From contig DATIBO010000006.1 in NCBI GenBank assembly GCA_035457485.1, positions 242,659-306,658 on the forward strand: DNA of 64,000 nucleotides, written 5' to 3'. This DNA comes from Candidatus Saccharimonadales bacterium (GTDB lineage: Bacteria; Patescibacteriota; Saccharimonadia; Saccharimonadales; EFPC-124). Numbering within the stretch: the first letter of the stretch is position 1; every line of letters starts with the position of its first letter. The translations under genes were made by a program, and so were the position numbers. Below are positions 56,185-64,000 of this stretch, one piece after another. Under the pieces are notes generated by a model. That model searched no databases. It was not told where the DNA came from and saw only the letters and a program-made list of their open reading frames with translations.

Positions 56185-56237
56185 CGTGTCCCTCCTCGAT
56201 TGATCAGAATGATAATTATACAATAATTTCTTAATTT

Positions 56238-56313
56238 TGGTACACCCGGAGAGATTCGAACTCCCGACCCTCTGTTCCGAAGACAGATGCTCTATCCACT
56301 GAGCTACGGGTGC
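56238..56313 (-). tRNA. tRNA-Arg (anticodon TCG), CCA encoded
   Basis: Acceptor GCACCCG/CGGGTGT, anticodon arm TCTGT-CTTCGGA-ACAGA, T-arm GGGAG-TTCGAAT-CTCTC. Confidence 0.9.
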
Positions 56314-56366
56314 GTACCAAAATATTATAGCAGATATGAGGTGGGTTTTGTAGTAAAATATACTTA

Positions 56367-57257
56367 ATGATTAATGTCAAATTAAAACCTGGCCGCTATG
56401 TGGTGGCGGTATCGGGCGGCGTGGACTCGATGGTGCTGCTGGATATTTTGCGAAGACAGCCTGAGCTTGAGCTGTTAGTAGCGCATGTTAATCATGGTAT
56501 TCGCAAAGATTCGCAGTATGATGAAGAGCTTGTTCGTAAAGTTTGTACTGATCTTAAACTAACTTTTAGGAGCACAAGGCTTAACTTAAAAGGTAACTCA
56601 AGCGAAGAGGTGGCTCGCAATTTACGTTATGCTTTTTTGCAACAATGTAGCAAAAAATTCAAAGCAGATGCGATCCTTGTGGCGCACCACAAGGACGATT
56701 TAGTTGAAACGGCACTCATTAACATAATCCGCGGTACGGGCTGGAGGGGCTTGGCACCATTTGTAGAGTCGCGAGTTTTACGTCCGTTACTCGATTTTAC
56801 AAAGGATCAAATTATTGGATATGCTCGTAAAAACAATGTTGTATGGCGCGAAGACTCAACCAATAGTAATGAAGCTTATTTGCGAAACTATATAAGGTTA
56901 AGTCTAATTCCTGCGCTTAATCAAAAGTCTCAGACTTGGGATAAAATCATTTTGCAACAAATTCGCAAACAGCAATATTTATCAACTCAGATAGATGTTG
57001 AGCTTGAGATTCTGTCGCAGAAATCTAAAATAGAATCCGGGATTAGTCGTTACTGGCTAATCATGCTTCCAAAAAAAGTTGCGTACGAGCTTTTGCAGTT
57101 CTCATTCAAAAAGTATACGGGTAATTCGCTGCAACAAAAGTTGGCTGAATCAACATTGTTATTTGCCAAAGTGGCTAAGGCTGGTAAAGTAATTCTGTTG
57201 GGCAAAAAGTGGCAACTAGCTGCGACCAAAAAAGAAGTCCTACTGCAACAAATCTAG
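56367..57257 (+). CDS. tilS: tRNA(Ile)-lysidine synthase
   Basis: PP-loop VAVSGGVDSMVLL; precedes ftsH as in many bacteria. Confidence 0.88.
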   Translation: MINVKLKPGRYVVAVSGGVDSMVLLDILRRQPELELLVAHVNHGIRKDSQYDEELVRKVCTDLKLTFRSTRLNLKGNSSEEVARNLRYAFLQQCSKKFKADAILVAHHKDDLVETALINIIRGTGWRGLAPFVESRVLRPLLDFTKDQIIGYARKNNVVWREDSTNSNEAYLRNYIRLSLIPALNQKSQTWDKIILQQIRKQQYLSTQIDVELEILSQKSKIESGISRYWLIMLPKKVAYELLQFSFKKYTGNSLQQKLAESTLLFAKVAKAGKVILLGKKWQLAATKKEVLLQQI

Positions 57258-57291
57258 TATGATAAGATAAAATAATAAGCTATATATAGAG

Positions 57292-59148
57292 GTGACTGTG
57301 AAGCCAAAGAAACATAATCAATTGAAAATAATCCGTTTAACAGTTTTTTGGGTGCTGTTAATTGGTATAGGGGTGATTGTTTTTGCGTTTGCTAATCCGC
57401 AAAAAAGCCTTAATGAAGTTGCATTTAGTAATGTCATAGATCGTGCAAACAAAGGCGAGGTTTCTAAGATTGTAATTGAGGGCAATACTTTACTAGTTAC
57501 TCCAGATGGCCAAGAACAACCGACTGAAAAGTCTTACAAAGAGGCGGGTAGCAGTATTTACGAGCAAGGCTTAAATAAAGATGCCGAAGTCGAAGTTACA
57601 GTCAAGCAGCCATCCGAAGTGGGTAGTACATTTTGGAACTTTGCAGGAATTATTTTGCCAATCTTGTTAATAGGTGGATTCTTGTTTTTTATTTTTAGGC
57701 AGGCGCAAGGGCAAAGTAACCAGGCTTTAGGATTTGGTCGGTCAAAAGCCCGCTTATACGGCAACGAAAAAGAAAAGATCTTGTTTAAAGAAATTGCTGG
57801 TAACGAAGAGGCTAAAGAAGACCTTGTTGAAGTCGTAGACTTTTTGAAGCATCCTAAAAAGTTCAAAGAGGTTGGCGCTAAAATTCCAAAAGGCGTTTTG
57901 TTGGTTGGTCCTCCGGGAACTGGTAAGACAATGCTTGCCCGTGCAGTCGCGGGTGAGGCTAACGTTCCGTTTTTTAGTATATCGGGTTCAGAATTTGTGG
58001 AAATGTTTGTGGGTGTTGGCGCGAGTCGTGTCCGCGATTTGTTTGCCAAAGCTAAAAAGAACGCTCCGTGCATTGTTTTTATAGATGAAATCGATGCAGT
58101 TGGACGGCGCCGCGGTAGTGGAATGGGCGGTGGTCACGATGAACGTGAACAAACCTTAAACCAAATTTTGGTTGAGATGGATGGTTTTGAACAAGATACA
58201 AATGTGATTGTTTTGGCTGCAACTAACCGATCTGACGTTTTGGATCCTGCACTACTTCGTCCAGGCCGTTTTGATCGTCGCGTACAAATCACTTTACCTG
58301 AGCGCAACGATCGCTTGGCGATTTTGAAAGTTCACTTTGCTAACAAGCCAACCGAAAAAGATGTCGACCTTGATGCTTTGGCTGCAAAGACAGCCGGTTC
58401 ATCTGGTGCAGATTTAGCTAATATTGCTAACGAAGCTGCAATTGTGGCTGCTCGCCATAATCGCAAAACCGTTAACAACAGCGATATCACGGCTGCATTC
58501 GAGAAAGTTGCAATCGGTCCTGAGCGCAAGAACCGCATTATGAACGAAGCCGACAAAGAGCTAACTGCCTACCATGAGGCCGGTCATGCGCTTGTTGGTC
58601 ACGTTTTACCTGACTCTGATGATGTTCACAAAGTTACTATCATTCCGCGCGGCGGAACTGGTGGCGTAACTTGGTTCTTGCCTCCAGAAGATCGTAAATA
58701 TACTTCGATTGTAGAGTTTAAAGATATTTTGGCGCGTGCACTTGGTGGTCGTATTGCCGAAAAGGTAAAATACGGTGCTGACCGCGTAACAACTGGAGCC
58801 AGCAGTGACCTACGCAAAGCGACTGAAATTGCTCGGGATATGGTTATTGAACAGGGCATGGGTAAGGAGCTTCGTGATCAGGTTTTTCACGAAGACAACG
58901 GAGGAATGATGTTCGACCGAATGGTACACGAACGTCCGTACTCTGACGCAACGGCTCGAATGATTGACCAAGAAGTGGAAGCCTTGATGCGCGAAGCTGC
59001 AAAACGTGCTGACATTGTAATTAAAGCGAACCCTAAGCCACTCGAGCGTTTGGCTAAAGAATTGCTCGAAAAAGAAACTGTTGACGGTAAGGAAGTTAAG
59101 GAACTGTTAAAAGACGCTAAACTCCCGCCTGAAGCTAAATTGTACTAA
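57292..59148 (+). CDS. ftsH: ATP-dependent zinc metalloprotease FtsH
   Basis: Two TM helices, Walker A GPPGTGKT, Walker [13 protein letters not shown] region, HEAGHA zinc site; GTG start. Confidence 0.96.
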   Translation: MTVKPKKHNQLKIIRLTVFWVLLIGIGVIVFAFANPQKSLNEVAFSNVIDRANKGEVSKIVIEGNTLLVTPDGQEQPTEKSYKEAGSSIYEQGLNKDAEVEVTVKQPSEVGSTFWNFAGIILPILLIGGFLFFIFRQAQGQSNQALGFGRSKARLYGNEKEKILFKEIAGNEEAKEDLVEVVDFLKHPKKFKEVGAKIPKGVLLVGPPGTGKTMLARAVAGEANVPFFSISGSEFVEMFVGVGASRVRDLFAKAKKNAPCIVFIDEIDAVGRRRGSGMGGGHDEREQTLNQILVEMDGFEQDTNVIVLAATNRSDVLDPALLRPGRFDRRVQITLPERNDRLAILKVHFANKPTEKDVDLDALAAKTAGSSGADLANIANEAAIVAARHNRKTVNNSDITAAFEKVAIGPERKNRIMNEADKELTAYHEAGHALVGHVLPDSDDVHKVTIIPRGGTGGVTWFLPPEDRKYTSIVEFKDILARALGGRIAEKVKYGADRVTTGASSDLRKATEIARDMVIEQGMGKELRDQVFHEDNGGMMFDRMVHERPYSDATARMIDQEVEALMREAAKRADIVIKANPKPLERLAKELLEKETVDGKEVKELLKDAKLPPEAKLY

Positions 59149-59162
59149 GGCTTAAGACGAAA

Positions 59163-59206
59163 AAAGCTCCGGTGCGCCAAACCAGTGGTAAGGCGACCGG
59201 AGCTTT
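59163..59206. terminator. Long GC-rich hairpin, bidirectional terminator (ftsH and islet ORF)
   Basis: AAAGCTCCGGT.GCGCC ... GGCGACCGGAGCTTT. On the minus strand it is followed by TTTTTT. Confidence 0.6.
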
Positions 59207-59211
59207 CGCGT

Positions 59212-59511
59212 TCAGATCGATCTGAGGTAGGAGGCAGCGTTCTCGATGGCTTGCTCGAGTTCGGTGGTGATCCAGTCGTAGTTGTAGAGTCGGTTCATCG
59301 TCGCCACGACCAGTTTGTGGCTGAGATCCCCATCCACTAGCAGGATTGTCAGAATTGCCAGCTCAGCCATCTGATCAGGCATAAGCGACTCCAGGGTACC
59401 CTGGGACAAAACGATCAACTCCTGGTGACGCTGGAGCATTTCGCGGGACCAGCCCCGGCTGCGAACCACCATCAGATTGCTCGAAATGACGGGGGCGGGT
59501 TTGCTCTCCAT
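59212..59511 (-). CDS. Small hypothetical protein in a GC-rich patch
   Basis: 99-aa ORF. Hand count gives 33 G+C in the 60 nt 59281..59340. It is inserted between ftsH and murJ. No motif recognised. Confidence 0.45.
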   Translation of the reverse strand: MESKPAPVISSNLMVVRSRGWSREMLQRHQELIVLSQGTLESLMPDQMAELAILTILLVDGDLSHKLVVATMNRLYNYDWITTELEQAIENAASYLRSI

Positions 59512-59645
59512 CTAATCTCCTGTCGCGAAAAAGCGCAAAGTTGGATGCGCAAAGTTAATCATAAAATGTAAATCCTAAGTAGTCAATATAATTGTTATCT
59601 TGCTGCTCTGTTATAATTAATCTAGTTCCATGATCAGGTCATTTA

Positions 59646-61277
59646 ATGGTTAAAAACTTTCTATCGCGCGTAAATAGCCGTACAAGTATTGGTTTGGCAG
59701 CTTCGTTTTTGGCGGGGTCAACTTTAATTGCAAGCTTGCTGGGGCTCTATCGCGAGAAACTGTTGCTAAGCTACTATTTTGATACTTACCCACAAGCTAT
59801 CGACGCATACAAAGTTGCCTTTACAATTCCAGATTTCATGTTTTTCATTTTGGTTTCTGGTGCCCTGAGTGTAACATTTATACCTGTTTTTAACGCCCGA
59901 CTGGCGCACGGTAATAAGAAGTCGGCCTGGGAACTTTCTTCGAGTTTACTTAACCTACTAGCTATTATTACTTTTTTTGCCAGCATTCTGATAATTATTT
60001 TTGCCGAGCCGCTAGTGCAATATGTTTTGGCTCCGGGTTTCGACGAGAGTACTCGTGGTCTCGCTGTCTCGATGATGCGCGTTATCGCGATAAATCCATT
60101 CTTATTCTCTATTGCTAGTGTGCTTTCTAGCATGCAGCAGGCCGTCGGACGATTCTTTTTTTACGCCTTAGCGCCAGCGGTTTACAACATTGGAATCATT
60201 TTTGGAATTGTATTTTTAACTAACGGGATCAACATTTTTGGCTTGCAAGTTTTTGAAGGCGGAATTATGGGGGTGGCTCTTGGAGTTGTGATCGGCTCTA
60301 TCCTGCAGCTCGCAGTCAGTAGTATTGGAATGGTTGGCATGAACTTTGAGTATAGCTTCAAGATTTTTTGGCGAAACTTGGGACTGCAACGAGTTTTAAG
60401 GCTTTTGCCACCGCGTTCAATTGACCAAGGCATAGATTACATCAACAACTTGGTCGAGATAAACTTGGCGTCGCGACTTGGACCAGGTAAAATTACGGCT
60501 TATCAGGTAGCAACAACCCTGCACATGCTGCCAATTAACTTAATTGGTGTGGCAATCGCAACTGCTGCCTTTCCTAAAATGACCCAACGAATTGCCAGTG
60601 GCGAAGAAGGACTATTTAAAAATGAGCTTCAGTCAGTTCTACGCGTGATTATTTGGCTGGCGCTACCGGTCGCTGCAATCACTTTCCTGGCTCGTGGCTA
60701 CATTGTGGCTTTTGTGAAGGTTGGAGGCGACCCTGAGATCGCCGGTGTTTTAGGTGTCTTGGCGCTTGCAATCCTATTTAGGTCCGTTTACCACTTAGCA
60801 TCGCGCAGTTTTTATGCTCAGCAGGACACCAAAACTCCTTTGTACATTTCGTTGGTCACGATAGCCTTAAATATAATCCTCTCAATAACCTTTGTGCTGC
60901 ATTTAGGACTTAATATTTATGGTCTGGCAGCCGCTCAATCAATTACGGCCTTTGTAGAAGTTGTAATATTGTTTATAATAATGAGCCAGCGTATACCTAA
61001 ATTGTTTGACAAGAGGTTAATTAACGCAGTTCTTCGGATGGTGTGCGCCACAGGTATAATGTTTATCGCAACCTATACTATGGTTAAGGCGTTCAATTTA
61101 AGCGAAATTGAACAAAGCTTCTTTGCACTTTTGCCGCCGTTTGCGCTAATCGTATCCGTAAGTTTTGCAATTTATTTACTACTTTGCCGAATTTTACGAA
61201 TCGAAGAAGTCAAGCCAGTGCTTGAATACGCCAAGAAAATATTATTTTATAACCAATTCTGGTCCCGCAAAAAATGA
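59646..61277 (+). CDS. murJ: Lipid II flippase MurJ (MviN family)
   Basis: 543 aa, about 14 TM helices, N-terminal pattern ...SLLGLYREKLLLSYYF...DAYKVAFTIPDFMF...GALSVTFIPVF. Confidence 0.85.
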   Translation: MVKNFLSRVNSRTSIGLAASFLAGSTLIASLLGLYREKLLLSYYFDTYPQAIDAYKVAFTIPDFMFFILVSGALSVTFIPVFNARLAHGNKKSAWELSSSLLNLLAIITFFASILIIIFAEPLVQYVLAPGFDESTRGLAVSMMRVIAINPFLFSIASVLSSMQQAVGRFFFYALAPAVYNIGIIFGIVFLTNGINIFGLQVFEGGIMGVALGVVIGSILQLAVSSIGMVGMNFEYSFKIFWRNLGLQRVLRLLPPRSIDQGIDYINNLVEINLASRLGPGKITAYQVATTLHMLPINLIGVAIATAAFPKMTQRIASGEEGLFKNELQSVLRVIIWLALPVAAITFLARGYIVAFVKVGGDPEIAGVLGVLALAILFRSVYHLASRSFYAQQDTKTPLYISLVTIALNIILSITFVLHLGLNIYGLAAAQSITAFVEVVILFIIMSQRIPKLFDKRLINAVLRMVCATGIMFIATYTMVKAFNLSEIEQSFFALLPPFALIVSVSFAIYLLLCRILRIEEVKPVLEYAKKILFYNQFWSRKK

Positions 61278-63052
61278 ACCAACAAAACATCCGAAATTTT
61301 TGTATTATTGCCCATATTGATCATGGGAAGTCTACCCTTGCCGATCGCTTGCTCGAGATAACCGGAACGGTAGAAAAGCGCGACATGAAAGCGCAGCTCC
61401 TAGATAAAATGGACTTAGAGCGCGAAAAAGGAATCACAATCAAACTTGCTCCAGTCCGGATGGACTACAAGAACTATCAGTTGAATCTGATCGACACCCC
61501 AGGGCACGTTGACTTTAGTTATGAGGTTTCAAGAAGCCTGGAGGCATGTGAGGGGGCGATTTTGGTCGTGGACGCCACTCAAGGCATGCAGGCACAAACT
61601 CTAGCTAATGTTTATTTGGCGATTGCGGCTGACCTTAAAATTATTCCGGTTTTAAACAAAATTGATCTGCCTGCTGCTGATGTTGAGCGAGTAGGCGCAG
61701 AAATTGTAAGTTTGCTCGGTTGTAAGTTTGAAGATATTTTGCAGATTTCGGCTAAAACTGGCATGGGAGTGCCTGAGCTTTTGGATAAAGTTGTCGAACA
61801 AGTTCCACCGCCAAAGGGCGAGCCAACTCAAGCGACTCGTGCACTAATTTTCGACAGCTACTACGATGATTATCGAGGCGTGATCTTGTATGTACGAGTT
61901 TTTGATGGAAAAATTGCAAAAAATTCGCAAATTAGCATGCTAGCTACCAAAAAGGCTGGTATTGCGCTGGAGGTTGGATCGCTAAGGCCAAACATGACTC
62001 CTTTAGGTAGTTTGCAAACTGGCGAAATTGGCTATATTGTTACTAACCTAAAAAGTACTAGAGAAGCTAAAGTGGGCGATACTGTGACGTTGGTTGGGTC
62101 TAACAATGTCAAGGCTTTGCCAGGCTATAAAGATGTGAAACCGTTTGTTTATGCAGGTTTCTTTCCCGAAAGTAACGAGCACTATCAGGAGCTTAAGGAC
62201 GCGATTGAAAAATTGTCACTTAGTGATTCGGCGCTACAGTTTGAGCCAGAAAACTCTCCAGTTTTAGGTTTTGGTGTGCGAATTGGATTTTTGGGTCTTT
62301 TGCACATGGAAATCGTTAGGGAACGTCTAGAACGTGAATACAACTTGGAGCTTGTGGTAACAAACCCGTCCACCGATTACCAGATAACGCTTTTAAACAG
62401 CGAAGAAATCGATATTAAAAGTGCGACAGATTTACCTGATCCGGCTAAAATCCGTGAAATTCGCGAACCGTGGATTAAAGGCGAGATTGTGGCACCAACT
62501 CAGTTTGTTGGTCCGATTATCCAGTTAATCAATAGTAAGCGCGGTATCCAAAAAAATCAGAGTTATATTGAAGATCGCGCGCTTGTTAGTTTTGAAGCGC
62601 CGCTTGCGAATTTGCTGACTGATTTTTATGATCAGCTAAAGAGTATTACAAGTGGCTACGGGTCGTTTAATTACGAGCTCGATAATTATCGCGCAGAAGA
62701 TTTAGTGAAATTGGATTTTTACGTTGCTGGCGAGCGTGTAGATGCCTTGAGTTTGATGGTTCATCGTAGTGAAGCGCAAAGCGTGGGGCGCGAGATTGTT
62801 ACAAAACTCAAAGAAGTTATACCTAGGCAGCAGTTTGCTGTTGCGCTCCAGGCGGCGATTGGCGGCAAGTTTATTGCTCGCGAAGATGTTAGTGCATTCC
62901 GTAAAGATGTTACAACAGGCCTGTATGGCGGCGATGTGTCCCGCAAAAAGAAAGTTTTAGCCAAGCAAGCCAAAGGCAAAAAGCGCATGAAACGCTTCGG
63001 TAAGGTTGACATCCCTTCGGACGCTTTTACAGTTTTGCTCAAACGCGATTAG
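61274..63052 (+). CDS. lepA: Translation elongation factor 4 (LepA)
   Basis: IRNFCIIAHIDHGKSTLADRLLE, DTPGHVDF, NKIDL, and the LepA-specific C-terminal domain. Confidence 0.96.
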   Translation: MNQQNIRNFCIIAHIDHGKSTLADRLLEITGTVEKRDMKAQLLDKMDLEREKGITIKLAPVRMDYKNYQLNLIDTPGHVDFSYEVSRSLEACEGAILVVDATQGMQAQTLANVYLAIAADLKIIPVLNKIDLPAADVERVGAEIVSLLGCKFEDILQISAKTGMGVPELLDKVVEQVPPPKGEPTQATRALIFDSYYDDYRGVILYVRVFDGKIAKNSQISMLATKKAGIALEVGSLRPNMTPLGSLQTGEIGYIVTNLKSTREAKVGDTVTLVGSNNVKALPGYKDVKPFVYAGFFPESNEHYQELKDAIEKLSLSDSALQFEPENSPVLGFGVRIGFLGLLHMEIVRERLEREYNLELVVTNPSTDYQITLLNSEEIDIKSATDLPDPAKIREIREPWIKGEIVAPTQFVGPIIQLINSKRGIQKNQSYIEDRALVSFEAPLANLLTDFYDQLKSITSGYGSFNYELDNYRAEDLVKLDFYVAGERVDALSLMVHRSEAQSVGREIVTKLKEVIPRQQFAVALQAAIGGKFIAREDVSAFRKDVTTGLYGGDVSRKKKVLAKQAKGKKRMKRFGKVDIPSDAFTVLLKRD

Positions 63053-63681
63053 AGTGATTTTTGAGAGAGTTCGTAAAGCTTGTTCACGATTTCTTGTTGA
63101 ACTTGTTCTGGTGGTTGATCACCTTTTACGCGAACGAGCATGTCTCGCTGCTCGTAATCTTGGATTACGGGCATGGTTTTTTCGCGAAACTCATTAAGTC
63201 TTGTTGCTAAAACCTCAGTGTTGTCGTCGCCACGGCCGCGATTTCCGCTTTTTTCGAATCGATCCAATACCGTTTCTTCTGTTATGTCTATATAAATTAC
63301 GGCTTTGGTTGGATGGCCTGCTTCGGCCGCTGCGTCGCAAATTGGTTTTTGCTCGCCATCCCAGCGCCCGATTGAACTCAAGATGATTGGTTTACCGTCA
63401 AATTCATCGCGGCTAAAGTAGCGTGTTACGAGCGCTAAAAACTCGTCGGTTGGAGCAAGTTGCCCCTTGTCGTGAGACTCGCGCAAGTGCGCGGCTTCTT
63501 CTTGGGTCCGAATAATGTCGCCGCCGCCAATAATTTCTGTTCCCATCCAGGCGTTAATTAGTGAACATTGTACGTCTTTACCTGCGAACGGTCGGCCAAA
63601 AACATTTATGGAGCCGGTTCCCAGCCAGCGTAAAATCGCTTTTTGTTTTTCTTTTGTGCTAAGCGTTTCGTTTTTTTCCAA
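63049..63681 (-). CDS. Adenylate kinase-like nucleotide kinase with atypical P-loop
   Basis: GRPFAGKDVQ where GPPGAGKGTQ is usual; RGRGDDNTEVLATRLNEFREKTMPV matches the Adk R-x-DD...Rl..y region. Confidence 0.6.
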   Translation of the reverse strand: MEKNETLSTKEKQKAILRWLGTGSINVFGRPFAGKDVQCSLINAWMGTEIIGGGDIIRTQEEAAHLRESHDKGQLAPTDEFLALVTRYFSRDEFDGKPIILSSIGRWDGEQKPICDAAAEAGHPTKAVIYIDITEETVLDRFEKSGNRGRGDDNTEVLATRLNEFREKTMPVIQDYEQRDMLVRVKGDQPPEQVQQEIVNKLYELSQKSL

Positions 63682-63740
63682 AATAAAAAACCTTTTTAGT
63701 TGACCTAAAGTATAACTTTATTTGGTATAAAAGCGCAACC

Positions 63741-64000
63741 TTAAAGTTGAATTAAGCGACGTCGTTGCACGAATATTGGCGGCTGGACTTGGGACAGAGT
63801 CGGTCGATGGGCTGTTTTAACGGCCCTTACAGGTTGTTGCGCTGTTGACCTGGCGAAGCCGTCGATTGAGCGCGCCAACTTAGGTCTAACAGCTTGGTGA
63901 ACCGGAGCAGCGGGCCTTACTCGAGGAAGAGTCTGATGTGGATTAGCGTAGGTCTTTGGTGCGGGTTCTTTTATTTTAAACTCAGCAATACGTGTTTTGG
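63741..64000 (-). CDS. Partial CDS (C-terminal ~86 codons; 5' end beyond window end), Pro/Arg/Gln-rich tail
   Basis: Hand translation of the minus strand is open from nt 64000 to the TAA at 63743..63741: ...KEPAPKTYANPHQTLPRVRPAAPVHQAVRPKLARSIDGFARS...FVQRRRLIQL. It is absent from the ORF track because there is no start in the window. Confidence 0.4.
   Translation of the reverse strand, partial: KTRIAEFKIKEPAPKTYANPHQTLPRVRPAAPVHQAVRPKLARSIDGFARSTAQQPVRAVKTAHRPTLSQVQPPIFVQRRRLIQL

Larger units (their letters stand above)
55372..56237. other. GC-rich islet abutting the 3' end of tRNA-Arg(TCG)
   Basis: Hand count gives 56 G+C in nt 55621..55720. There are overlapping long ORFs in three frames, and the islet has its own GC-rich terminator. 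Confidence 0.6.

Noticed and set aside
55524-56226. ORFs 55524..55904 (minus), 55882..56226 (plus) and 55366..55554 (plus) inside the tRNA-Arg islet
   Set aside because: Arg/Ser/Thr-rich junk frames overlapping the lipoprotein gene. They are stop-poor because of local high GC.
63700-63731. TTGACC ... TGgTATAAA promoter-like elements downstream of the Adk-like gene start region
   Set aside because: The spacer between TTGACC (63700..63705) and TATAAA (63726..63731) is 20 nt, too long for a standard sigma70 promoter. No plus-strand gene follows within the window.

Overview
The window is a dense (about 90% coding), AT-leaning chromosomal segment. By inference from gene content it comes from a small-genome, monoderm-type CPR/Patescibacteria bacterium, most like Saccharibacteria (TM7). 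I cannot confirm the taxon without a database search.

Securely recognisable housekeeping genes:
- Recombination and RNA: yebC-ruvC-ruvA-ruvB, recA-recX, tsaE-tsaB, rny-ymdB, tilS-ftsH, lepA.
- Metabolism and transport: glyA, gpmA, eno, and a Znu/Tro-type metal ABC transporter.
- Peptidoglycan, unusually well represented: HTH-fused murA, murB, murJ, murT-gatD, an S11 D-Ala-D-Ala carboxypeptidase and a YkuD L,D-transpeptidase.
- Six tRNAs, all with encoded CCA: Pro-TGG, Gly-TCC, His-GTG, Arg-TCT, Lys-CTT, Arg-TCG.

Accessory content that stands out:
1. A 12-kb co-directional block (15.1-27.4 kb). It holds two paralogous sensor kinases, two stand-alone receiver proteins and a type IV pilus locus. 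The locus has pilB, pilC, four minor pilins (one 837-aa pilin fused to a seven-bladed LVIVD-type propeller) and a major pilin.
2. A second, motif-degenerate PilB-like ATPase with its own pilin (9-10.9 kb).
3. A convergent pair of membrane-anchored fibre-like proteins (35.8-38.0 kb). One has a collagen-like G-X-Y run. The other has 27 uninterrupted 10-residue repeats.
4. Four to five short GC-rich islets (hand-counted samples 55-61% G+C, against 36% in one hand-counted backbone sample). Each has its own GC-rich hairpin terminator. Three sit directly at the 3' end of a tRNA gene and none has an integrase. This fits piecemeal acquisition from a high-GC donor.
5. A membrane-anchored Hsp100/Clp-type ATPase with a degenerate first Walker B motif.
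6. An ImmA/IrrE-like protease plus small membrane protein module with no cognate HTH partner.
7. A polyprenyl synthase next to a divergent terpenoid-synthase-like ORF.

No CRISPR array, rRNA, transposase or integrase was seen. Every functional call comes from motifs read by eye in the supplied translations. No searches were run.
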